Of a stretch of 57,322 nt of DNA, positions 24,346 through 32,592 are shown one piece after another. Position 1 is the first letter of the stretch. Each line of letters starts with the position of its first letter. Source of the DNA: an uncultured Dehalococcoidia bacterium (GTDB lineage: Bacteria; Chloroflexota; Dehalococcoidia; UBA2247; RBG-13-53-26); the NCBI GenBank assembly GCA_964409515.1, contig CAYPDY010000001.1, positions 6,072 through 63,393 on the forward strand, given 5' to 3'. The notes below the pieces were generated by a model. That model was not told where the DNA came from. It worked only from the letters and a program-made list of their open reading frames with translations, and did not search any database. The position numbers and the translations under genes were made by a program.

Positions 24346-26005
24346 CTACGTTTGCCTCCTGGGCCCCGAGCGGAAGGGTGAAGTAGAACTGGCTGCCCTC
24401 ACCGGGCTGGCTCTCCGCCCAGATGCGGCCTCCGTGAGCCTCCACCAGCCCCTTGCAGATGGAGAGGCCCAGGCCCAGCCCGTGCACCGCGGGTCTCTGC
24501 CGCTCCTTGATGCGGTACATCCGATCGAAGATGGTCTGGAGCTCTCCTGCGGGGATGCCGGGGCCGTGATCAGCCACGCAGAAGACGAGCTCTCCCTCCC
24601 GGCGGCGGGCCGACACTGTAAACCCTTTCGCGTCCGTGGCGTACTTGAGAGCATTGTCGATCAGGTTGTCGAGCACCTGGCGAATGCGGTTGACGTCCAT
24701 GCTGACCAGCGGCAGATCCGGTGGCACATCGGCTTCGAGCCGCTGGTCCGGCTCCCTCAACCTGGCCTCCGCCACCGCCTGCTCTATGAGCGCGGCGGGA
24801 TCGACCAGCTCTTTCTCCAGCTTGAGCAGCCCGGCGTCCATGCGGGACATCTCCAGCAGCTGGTCCACCACGCCGACCAGACGGTCCGTGGCCCTGTCGA
24901 TGGACTCCAATGACTTGTTCCTCTCCTCGTTCTCCAGCCTGCCGTTGTACTCCAGCAGCATCGTCGAATACCCCTTGATCGTGGACAGCGGCGTGCGCAG
25001 CTCGTGGGAGACCATGGAGAGCAGGTCACTCTTGAGCTGGTCCATCTCCTCCAGTCTCCGGCGCTCCATGGTAGCCGCACGGAGCGCCCTGGTCCCGGCC
25101 CTCACCTGAAGCCTCTGAGCCAGGCCCACTCCGGCCAGGACCAGCGCCAGGCCCAGGACGACCATCAACGTGAAGATCACCCAGGAGGGTATCACGTCCT
25201 TCTCCTGCCCGGCCGGCCTGACCCCCAGCCAGTCCTCCATGGCCCGGTAGTAGATGGAGCCCTCATCGGCCTTAAGCTCCCTCACCAGGTAGTCGACCCT
25301 TTCCATAAGTTGGGGCGTCGGGCCCGCATCACGGGTGAAAGCGAAGTGGAGGGACGAAGGCGCGAAGATGATGGCCGTTTCCACAATATCGTGATCGGCG
25401 CTGTGCAGATGGCCGAAGTCCTTGCTCACTACCCCGGCATCGGCCTCCCCGCTGTCCAGCAGCTCGAAGACGCTGGCATAGCCGTCGGTTTCGATGTAGT
25501 TGCAGCTGACGTGAAACGCGCCGGCCAGCTTCTTGATGCCCTCTGGGCCCTCCACATTCACGCTGCCCTGGAGCACTGCCACGTTCTTTCCTTCAAGGTC
25601 GAGGACGGATTCGATGCTGACCCCTCTCTTGGCGTACACGCGCGACCAGCTCACATACACGGCCTCGCTGGAGAAGCTGTAGAGCGCGGCCCTTTCCTCC
25701 GTGTAGGCCACGTCAGGCATTATGTCGATCTCATTGTTCTCCAGCCTGGCCAGGCACTCGTTCCAGGTGCCGGGCACGTACTGCGCCCCCCACCCCTCTT
25801 GCGCGGCGATGTAGCCAACCACATCCCCCCAGAATCCGGACGCACGGCCTTGCTCATCGGCGAAGACCTTCGGACTGTTCTCGTACACGCCTATCCGCAC
25901 GGTGATGGCCGCGTCTGCGGGGGCAGGTGCAATCAGGGCGGAGAGAGGGGCCATCGCCAGGATGAGCAGCAGAAAGAGCAGCGCCCTCTCGATCCTGGCT
26001 CTCAT
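24326..26005 (-). CDS. sensor histidine kinase with periplasmic solute-binding (SBP family 3-like) domain
   Basis: Trimmed to MRARIERALLFLLLILAMAP (signal/TM). Sensor domain: IGVYENSPKVFADEQGRASGFWGDVVGYIA...NEIDIMPDVAYTEERA. HisKA: SMVSHELRTPL. HATPase: DNLIDNALKY, DHGPGIP, GLGLSICKGLVEAHGG. The stop overlaps the RR start by 20 nt. Confidence 0.9.
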   Translation of the reverse strand: MRARIERALLFLLLILAMAPLSALIAPAPADAAITVRIGVYENSPKVFADEQGRASGFWGDVVGYIAAQEGWGAQYVPGTWNECLARLENNEIDIMPDVAYTEERAALYSFSSEAVYVSWSRVYAKRGVSIESVLDLEGKNVAVLQGSVNVEGPEGIKKLAGAFHVSCNYIETDGYASVFELLDSGEADAGVVSKDFGHLHSADHDIVETAIIFAPSSLHFAFTRDAGPTPQLMERVDYLVRELKADEGSIYYRAMEDWLGVRPAGQEKDVIPSWVIFTLMVVLGLALVLAGVGLAQRLQVRAGTRALRAATMERRRLEEMDQLKSDLLSMVSHELRTPLSTIKGYSTMLLEYNGRLENEERNKSLESIDRATDRLVGVVDQLLEMSRMDAGLLKLEKELVDPAALIEQAVAEARLREPDQRLEADVPPDLPLVSMDVNRIRQVLDNLIDNALKYATDAKGFTVSARRREGELVFCVADHGPGIPAGELQTIFDRMYRIKERQRPAVHGLGLGLSICKGLVEAHGGRIWAESQPGEGSQFYFTLPLGAQEANVDVAESC

Positions 26006-26254
26006 GGCTTCCGGCAGTCTCACGTCACCCAACAGTCCCTCCTCGGCCGAAGGCTGCCTGCAGTCCGGCCCGGGGGCCAGGAGCTCCCCGCACCCGGCGA
26101 CCCGCCTCGGATATGGTACCACGCGGCGGCGAGGTCTGCAGACTGCGGCGGATGAACCAGTCGTCATCACCGTGAAGTACACTCAGGCGGACCTGGATGC
26201 ACTGGGAAGAGACGTCGGCATGGCCGTGGTCCTGGACCACAGTAACACTGAGTG

Positions 26255-28294
26255 TCACCGGGCCGGCTGGCTGCGCTCGGTCTTGAAGACGGCCACGGTC
26301 TGCTCCAGCCCATCGGCCGTCTCCGACAGTGACTGCGCGGCCGCCAGCGATGCTTCTATCTGGGCGGACATCTCTTCCGTGGAGGCCGAAACCTGCTGCG
26401 ACGCGGCGCTGTTCTCCTCGGCCACCCCCGCCGTCGTCTCGATGCTGGCCGACACCTCGCTGGAGCTGGCCGCCATCTGCTGGCTGGCGGCCGCGTTCTC
26501 CTCCGCTATCTTGTTGATCCGCCTTATGTTGTCCATCATGTTGCGGCCGAGGTCCCTCAGCGCCTGAGCGGCCGCCGAGATCTCCGACACCTGCCTCTTG
26601 ACGGTCTGCGACCGGGTCAGAATATCATCCAGTGCCCCACCGGCGTCCATTGCCAGCCTGTACCCCTCATCCACCTCCTGTCCGCCCTGCTGCATGGCGC
26701 TCACTGCGTCCCTCACTCCGGCCTGGGTACTGCGGACCAGGACCGTTATCTCCTTGGTCGCTATTGAGGCCCTCTCCGCCAGCTTGCGGACCTCGTCTGC
26801 CACCACTGCAAACCCCCGTCCCTGCTCTCCGGCCCGCGCCGCCTCTATGGCGGCATTCAGCGCCAGCAGGTTGGTCTGGTCGGCTATGTCATCGATGGTG
26901 GCCACGATATTGCCGATCTCGTCCGACCTGTCTCCCAGGTCCATCACCCTCGCCGACACTGCGTCCATGGCCTTCTTCATCTTCTCCATCCCGGCCACCG
27001 TCTGGTGGGTCTTCTGGGCGCCTCCGACGGCGGACTCCGCCGTGCTCTCCCACTCCCGGGCTCCCGCCTGCGCATTGTTCGACACGGTCTCGATGGCCGC
27101 CGACAGCGTCTCCACGGCCCGCGTGGCCTCTTCTACGGCCTTGGCCTGTTCGTGTGCTCCCGTGGCTATCTGCTCAATGGCCCGGGCCAGCTGGTCCATG
27201 GATCCGGTAGTCTGCTGCAGCGCCGTCGACTGCTCGCCGGCGCCCCGGGCCACCTGCTGTATCGTGCCGGCGATCTGCTGGGCCGCCTGGGCGGTCTGCT
27301 CCGAAGCCTTGGTCAGCTGCTTGCTGGCCTCGGCCACGCCGGCCGCCGCGGCCTTCGTCTTGCCGATGAGGTCGCGCTGCCTGGCAATGAGGCGGGCGTG
27401 CGCCTGGCCCAGGACATCCCGGTCGGACCTGGGCCTGGCTTCGACGGTCAGATCTCCGTCCGCCATTCTCTCGGCGACCTCCGCCATCTCGTTGACGTAC
27501 TCCACGAACCTGGAGTACGAGTCGGCCAGGTCGGCTATCTCGTCACCGGAATCAACTCGTATCTGCTGCCGGATGTCCCCCGAAGCCAGGGCCTCGGAGG
27601 TCTTCCTAAGGTAGGCCAGGGGCTGGCTCAGGACGCGGCGCATGGCGAACACGCAGTACAGGAAGAGGACGAACATAATGGCCACGGCCCAGTACCAGGT
27701 CGAGTCCTGGAACCGCTGGAAGCCGCCCATGGCATCGCTGGCGTAGACTCCCGTTCCCACCACCCATCCCCAGGGCTGGAAGGACCTGACATAGAGGAGC
27801 CGGGCCTCGGTCCGCCGCACGTCATCATAGTACGGCCAGTCGTGCCGGTAGAACCCTTCCCCATCGGCGCTGCAGATCCCGGCGCAGTCCGCGAAGACGG
27901 CCTTGCCGTCCGGGCCCCGGACATCGCGGACATTGGTGTTGACCAGCTCCGGCTCCAGGGGGTCTGCCAGCAGCACCAGCTCCTGATCAGTTACCCAGAA
28001 GCCTCCGTCCTCTCCGTACCGGAGCTGCGCCACCATGGCCAGGGCGGCGGCCCGGGCGTCTTCGTCGCTCACCCGGCCGGAAGCGGCCAGGTCGTGCCAG
28101 TACTGCAGGGTGCCGCAGGCCACCTCGACCTCCTGCTGCAGCCCCGTCTCCACCTGGTCCCAGGCGGCCGCCTCCGCTCCCGGCAGGCTGTAGGTCCCCA
28201 TGAACACGGCGACCGACAGCGGTATCAGCAGGAACGCCAGAAAGACCTTGGGCAGGAGCCCAACGCTGAAGCGCCTCTTCCAGGACTTCTCCAC
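26255..28294 (-). CDS. methyl-accepting chemotaxis protein (single Cache-type sensor, HAMP, MCP signalling domain)
   Basis: Cache-like: [11 protein letters not shown]...[10 protein letters not shown]...[14 protein letters not shown] follows. Highly conserved hairpin: [39 protein letters not shown]. Confidence 0.9.
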   Translation of the reverse strand: MEKSWKRRFSVGLLPKVFLAFLLIPLSVAVFMGTYSLPGAEAAAWDQVETGLQQEVEVACGTLQYWHDLAASGRVSDEDARAAALAMVAQLRYGEDGGFWVTDQELVLLADPLEPELVNTNVRDVRGPDGKAVFADCAGICSADGEGFYRHDWPYYDDVRRTEARLLYVRSFQPWGWVVGTGVYASDAMGGFQRFQDSTWYWAVAIMFVLFLYCVFAMRRVLSQPLAYLRKTSEALASGDIRQQIRVDSGDEIADLADSYSRFVEYVNEMAEVAERMADGDLTVEARPRSDRDVLGQAHARLIARQRDLIGKTKAAAAGVAEASKQLTKASEQTAQAAQQIAGTIQQVARGAGEQSTALQQTTGSMDQLARAIEQIATGAHEQAKAVEEATRAVETLSAAIETVSNNAQAGAREWESTAESAVGGAQKTHQTVAGMEKMKKAMDAVSARVMDLGDRSDEIGNIVATIDDIADQTNLLALNAAIEAARAGEQGRGFAVVADEVRKLAERASIATKEITVLVRSTQAGVRDAVSAMQQGGQEVDEGYRLAMDAGGALDDILTRSQTVKRQVSEISAAAQALRDLGRNMMDNIRRINKIAEENAAASQQMAASSSEVSASIETTAGVAEENSAASQQVSASTEEMSAQIEASLAAAQSLSETADGLEQTVAVFKTERSQPAR

Positions 28295-28382
28295 AGTAGC
28301 CAGGATAGTATGTCACGCCGGTCTCAGACGAGTATCAAAGGATTCCGCGCGGCTCACGCCGTCCTCACCACAGCGCGCGAAA

Positions 28383-28400
28383 ACGTCACAGAGACGTCAC
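28383..28400. repeat. direct repeat ACGTCAC-N4-ACGTCAC (11-bp period) upstream of the chemoreceptor gene
   Basis: Copies at 28383-28389 and 28394-28400, about 90-105 nt upstream of the MCP start at 28294. Confidence 0.3.
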
Positions 28401-28432
28401 TGGCCGCCGCTTTGTTGATTGACGCTCCGGCC

Positions 28433-29065
28433 CTACTCCGGCGCACCCTGGCTGATGCCGGCCTGGGCCTTCATCTCGTCGATATCCAGTCCCCGGACCC
28501 ACGCGGCGAGACTGAACCAGACCCAGTTGTAGCCGAAGCCGCCCCGGGTCATCTCCTCGATGGCGTCTTCCTTGCTCCACCCCTGCACCGCGATGCGGTA
28601 CACGGCGCACATGGTGCCGGTGCGGTCGGAGCCGAGGTTGCAGTGCACCAGCACGGGAACGCGGTCGGGATCCGTGACTATTCGCAGGAACTCGACCGCT
28701 TCCTCCTCTTCCGCGTGCCACGCCTTCGTTCGGATGTGCACGTACTCGAGGCCGGAGCCCTCCATCTCATCCCGGTCCGAGGTCAATAAACGCAGATTGA
28801 CGATGGTCTTGATGCCCATCTCCTCCAGGTTGGCCACTCCTTCCGCCGAGGGCTGGGCGCTTCTGTAGAGATCGTCCGACAGCTTGTACAGATTGGGCAC
28901 GCCCTCCAGCTCCACAGGCTGTGCCCAGTTCTCCGGCCGCGGAACCGGGGCCGTCTCATCGTGGCAGAGTTGGCTCACGGCCAGGTACGCGGCAACGACG
29001 ACCATGATCAGGACGACCGCGCCGACGGTCTGCCTGGAACCGAAACGCTTCTTCACTTCGCTCAT
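28433..29065 (-). CDS. membrane-anchored dual-specificity/tyrosine protein phosphatase
   Basis: N-terminal TM (VGAVVLIMVVVAAYLAV). P-loop VHCNLGSDRTG (C-x5-R). Confidence 0.8.
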   Translation of the reverse strand: MSEVKKRFGSRQTVGAVVLIMVVVAAYLAVSQLCHDETAPVPRPENWAQPVELEGVPNLYKLSDDLYRSAQPSAEGVANLEEMGIKTIVNLRLLTSDRDEMEGSGLEYVHIRTKAWHAEEEEAVEFLRIVTDPDRVPVLVHCNLGSDRTGTMCAVYRIAVQGWSKEDAIEEMTRGGFGYNWVWFSLAAWVRGLDIDEMKAQAGISQGAPE

Positions 29066-29083
29066 GCCCCTGCAGAGTCTCCC

Positions 29084-29614
29084 TTACCAGGGCCTCACGC
29101 CGAGCGCCGCCGGAACGCCGATGGTCACCCCCACGGCGTACACCAGATCAAGCCAGAACATGGAGCCCAGGGCTCCCAGGTAGATGAAGCCGGCGATCGG
29201 TACGGCCGCCATCTTCACTATGATCGGGCACGTCCGGTCGCGGACCGTCCCCCATATGCCCCGGGCATCGCCCACGCTCGGGAAGGAGTGCATGGCCACG
29301 GAGACGGCCAGCCATATCACGGCCACGCGAACAGCGATCGCCGTGGTGGTGCCCCCGTCCCGCAGCAGGGACGCGGACAGAGCGATGAAAAGACCGGCCA
29401 GGGTGTTCACGAAGAAGGGCCCGGTGCCGATCAGGATGGTCTTCCAGGCGCCGGAGGGGTGCTCGTGCATGACGTACCCCGCGGGGTTGCCCAGGCGGAA
29501 GAGCCTCACCTTGAGGACCCTGGTTCCGGTCAAGAGGCAGCACAGTGTGTGCGCCAGCTCGTGCACCATGACCCCGGGGAACGTGAGAATGGTGACGGCC
29601 TGGTTCTGAGCCAC
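29084..29614 (-). CDS. membrane protein with HExxH motif (putative zincin; DUF3267-like)
   Basis: VMVHELAHTLC near the N-terminus, followed by about four hydrophobic spans. Confidence 0.6.
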   Translation of the reverse strand: MAQNQAVTILTFPGVMVHELAHTLCCLLTGTRVLKVRLFRLGNPAGYVMHEHPSGAWKTILIGTGPFFVNTLAGLFIALSASLLRDGGTTTAIAVRVAVIWLAVSVAMHSFPSVGDARGIWGTVRDRTCPIIVKMAAVPIAGFIYLGALGSMFWLDLVYAVGVTIGVPAALGVRPW

Positions 29615-29646
29615 TGCCCCCGGATTCTATCACGTCCTGGCCAGGC

Positions 29647-29676
29647 TTGACATGCTCCGCGGCTCCCCGATAGGAT
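29647..29676 (+). promoter_or_regulatory. candidate promoter TTGACA-N18-TAGGAT for the methyltransferase gene
   Basis: TTGACA at 29647-29652 and TAGGAT at 29671-29676. The ORF-track TTG start at 29652 lies inside the -35. Confidence 0.4.
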
Positions 29677-29708
29677 GCAGGCAAGGACCATGGAGTATCT
29701 GCCACCTC

Positions 29709-30548
29709 ATGAATGACCGGAAGACGCCCGAGCCGAACATCGCCACCAAGGGGATGATCGAACAGCTCTTCGATGGTGCGGCGGACATATACGACTGCAC
29801 CGGCCCCAGCATCTTCACCCGCTTCGGCGTTCGCCTGGCGGAGCACCTTTCCCTCGCCCCCGGCATGAGGATTCTCGACGTAGCCACGGGCAAGGGGGCC
29901 GTGCTGCTGCCCATGGCCCGGCAGGTGGGTTCAGCCGGACACGTGACCGGGGTCGACCTCTCGGGCGCCATACTCCGGGAGGCGGACCGGGCGGTGTGTG
30001 CGGCGGGATTGCACAATGTCGATTTGTGCCGGATGGATGCCGAGCGCCTGGAGTTTCCTGACGGGTCCTTCGATGCCGTTACCTGCGCCCTTTCGCTCTT
30101 CCTGGTCCCGGACATCGATGCTGCGCTGCGCGAGATGTATCGAGTGTGCCGGCCGGGCGGCTGCGTCGGCGTGTCCTTCTTCGACCGCACGCCGCCGCCG
30201 TTTGACCCGGGCTGGCCGATACTGCTGCGCCAGTTCCTGGAGTACGGAAAGGGAGTGCGGATGCCGCAGCCGGTGGTCCATCCGCCGGAGGAAGTGGCGG
30301 CCATGCTCACCAGGAACGGCTTCCATTCCGCCGTCGCGCAGAGCGAGACGAACGACATCGTCTATGCCGCCCTGGAGGACTGGTGGCGCTTCCAGTTCAC
30401 CGTGGGGACCAGGCTGACCATCCAGTCCATGGACGAGGAGACACGGGCCAGGTTCAAAGAGGAGTACCTGGGCAAGCTGCGCCCGATGCTGAAACCGGAC
30501 GGCTTCCACGTCTCGGTGGCGGTGGTCTACGCCGTGGCCCGGCGCTGA
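29709..30548 (+). CDS. class I SAM-dependent methyltransferase
   Basis: ILDVATGKGAVLL (motif I), VTGVDLS, CRMDAERLEFPDGSFDAVTC, RVCRPGGCVGV. Start set to the first ATG downstream of the candidate promoter. The SD is weak. Confidence 0.8.
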   Translation: MNDRKTPEPNIATKGMIEQLFDGAADIYDCTGPSIFTRFGVRLAEHLSLAPGMRILDVATGKGAVLLPMARQVGSAGHVTGVDLSGAILREADRAVCAAGLHNVDLCRMDAERLEFPDGSFDAVTCALSLFLVPDIDAALREMYRVCRPGGCVGVSFFDRTPPPFDPGWPILLRQFLEYGKGVRMPQPVVHPPEEVAAMLTRNGFHSAVAQSETNDIVYAALEDWWRFQFTVGTRLTIQSMDEETRARFKEEYLGKLRPMLKPDGFHVSVAVVYAVARR

Positions 30549-30562
30549 GCGGCGGAACCGCC

Positions 30563-31414
30563 TCAGGCCCCCATCGCGTCCGCCAGCTTTGAGACGATAT
30601 GGCTCGCCTGGCCGGCCCGCAGGAAGTCCAGTACCTCGCGGTTGAACCGGCCGGCCATCTCCAGATTGAAGCCGTGCGAGCCGCCCTTGACCATCACCAG
30701 GCTGGCGCCCGGTATCCTGGATGCGAGGAGCTCCGAGGCCACCGGGCGGATGATCCGGTCGGCCGACCCGGTTATCACCAGCGTCCGGGCCTGGATGAGG
30801 TGCAGCAGGTCGAGCGTGGTGTGCCCGGCCATGGCCGCGACCTGGTCCGACAGGCCGGCGAACATCTCCGGCTTCACGAAGAGCCGGGAGCCGATCTGCA
30901 GCGCCTTCCGGTACGGCCACCTGTTGAATGTCATGGCGATCAGGGCCTTCATGGTCTTCCCGGTGTCTACTACGGAGGAGCCTGCTGCTCCCGTCCCGTC
31001 GGAGGGACCGAAGGTCTTGACGATGTCGGGACTGACGGCCTCCGTGTCCCCGCCGGCCAGGGTGCTGACGAGGACAAGCTTGAGCACCCGGTCGGGGTAG
31101 TCGATGGCTGTCTCCTGGGCCACGATCCCTCCCAGGGACTGGCCCAGGATGTGGGCTTTCCCGATGCCCAGATGGTCCATCAGTCCGGCCACGTCATCCG
31201 CCAGAGCCTTGAAGGCGTACGGCTCTTTGGGCCGGCTGCTCTTCCCGATGCCCCTGGGGTCGAAGATGATGACGCGGTAGTGCTTCTGGAAGGCGGAGAG
31301 CTGGCGGAACCAGGAGAAATGGTCCGCGCCCATGCCCGGCACCAGGACCAGGGCTTCGCCCTGCCCGCGTACCTGGTAGTACAGCCTGATCCCGCTCAAG
31401 TCGGCGTAGGCCAT
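30563..31414 (-). CDS. alpha/beta hydrolase
   Basis: Trimmed to MAYADLSGIRLYY. LVLVPGMGAD, nucleophile elbow GQSLGG, and C-terminal GGSHGFNLE. Confidence 0.9.
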   Translation of the reverse strand: MAYADLSGIRLYYQVRGQGEALVLVPGMGADHFSWFRQLSAFQKHYRVIIFDPRGIGKSSRPKEPYAFKALADDVAGLMDHLGIGKAHILGQSLGGIVAQETAIDYPDRVLKLVLVSTLAGGDTEAVSPDIVKTFGPSDGTGAAGSSVVDTGKTMKALIAMTFNRWPYRKALQIGSRLFVKPEMFAGLSDQVAAMAGHTTLDLLHLIQARTLVITGSADRIIRPVASELLASRIPGASLVMVKGGSHGFNLEMAGRFNREVLDFLRAGQASHIVSKLADAMGA

Positions 31415-31526
31415 ATTGGTCCGACCACGAGTACCGGTGGCGCGGCCGCCGGTGCCGGCCGCCACTGTGTGCCTGCGGCGAAGCCTATCACCCGCGGTCA
31501 GGCGCTGTCAAAGGGATCCGGGCAAC

Positions 31527-32558
31527 CTATGCCGGAGGATCCTCGCCGTCAGGTCGCTTCCCCATTCGGGCCAGCAGGTAGTAGTTGGCTACGCCCAGCA
31601 TAACCATGGCCACCAGGAAGATAGGGTAGGCGATCCGCCAGTTGTCCTGACCGGTCATCATGGTCCACTCCGACATGCCGAAGAACCCCGCCAGGAAGCC
31701 GAGGGGCATGAAGATGGTGGTAATCAGCGTCAGGCGCCTGACGCTGGCATTGGTCTGCTGGGCGGCCCTGGTCATGCGGTTGTTCAGCAGCGACAGGTGG
31801 ATCTCCATGAGGCTGGCGACCAGCTCCCGGCAGTTCTCCGCCTGCTCGAAGAACTTGGCCAGGTGGTCGTAGACGTCTCGATAGTGGTATATGGCCTTCT
31901 CCGGGACGAATGGACAGTCGCCGCGGCAGATCCGGGTCAGGATCTCCCGCTCGTGAAAGATGCTCTTGCGCAGTGCCGCCAGGTAGCGGCGCCGCCGGAT
32001 CAGATCACCGGGTCGGAAGCTGGGGACGGATGCCATGATGGCCTCCTCCATCGCGTCGAGCTCGTCCTCCAGGCTTTCGAGGGCGGTGAACTTCCGGTCC
32101 ACGATGTGGTCCAGGATGGCGTGCAACAGGAAGGCCGGTCCCTGGCGGACTCGCTCCAGCTCTCGCCCCACCACCTCCTCGATGCCGGCCAGCGGTCGAC
32201 CGGCTTGGGGACCGGCTCCGGACACCGTGACCACATAGTCCTGGCCGATGAACAGGTCGATCTCATCAACGGACAGCTGTCCATCGGCATAGTCAAAGGC
32301 GTTGAACAGGATGAAGGTGTTACGGTGGTAGTCCTCCATCTTGGGGACCTGGTTATCGTCGAAGCAGTCCTCGATGGCAAGCGGGTGGAGGCCGAGGGGC
32401 TCCATGAGCGCCGACAGCTCCTCCCGGGCCGGCTGGCAGAAAAGGAGCCAAGTGAATCCGCCGTCGGGCGCGGGCGCCAGCGCCTCGGCCGCGCTGGCGA
32501 AGCCCGTCAGCTTTCCGGCGGGGGAGACGTGATAGAACCTGGATTCGGACATGGCCAC
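31527..32558 (-). CDS. CorA-family divalent cation transporter (GMS instead of GMN)
   Basis: C-terminal LTLITTIFMPLGFLAGFFGMSEW followed by a second TM. The cytoplasmic N-domain is of typical length. Confidence 0.85.
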   Translation of the reverse strand: MAMSESRFYHVSPAGKLTGFASAAEALAPAPDGGFTWLLFCQPAREELSALMEPLGLHPLAIEDCFDDNQVPKMEDYHRNTFILFNAFDYADGQLSVDEIDLFIGQDYVVTVSGAGPQAGRPLAGIEEVVGRELERVRQGPAFLLHAILDHIVDRKFTALESLEDELDAMEEAIMASVPSFRPGDLIRRRRYLAALRKSIFHEREILTRICRGDCPFVPEKAIYHYRDVYDHLAKFFEQAENCRELVASLMEIHLSLLNNRMTRAAQQTNASVRRLTLITTIFMPLGFLAGFFGMSEWTMMTGQDNWRIAYPIFLVAMVMLGVANYYLLARMGKRPDGEDPPA

Positions 32559-32592
32559 CTCCGCGGTACGGTCTGATTCAGCCCGGCATAGC

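Noticed and set aside
27005-28789. 594-aa plus-strand ORF (also 26598..27614 and 26632..27210)
   Set aside because: It is antisense to the MCP and phosphatase genes. The MCP hairpin motif [33 protein letters not shown] fixes the real frame on the minus strand.
29690-29716. 8-codon upstream ORF (ATGGAGTATCTGCCACCTCATGAATGA) overlapping the methyltransferase ATG
   Set aside because: Its putative SD (AAGGA) is only 2 nt from the ATG, and there is no supporting evidence. It is probably a chance ORF.
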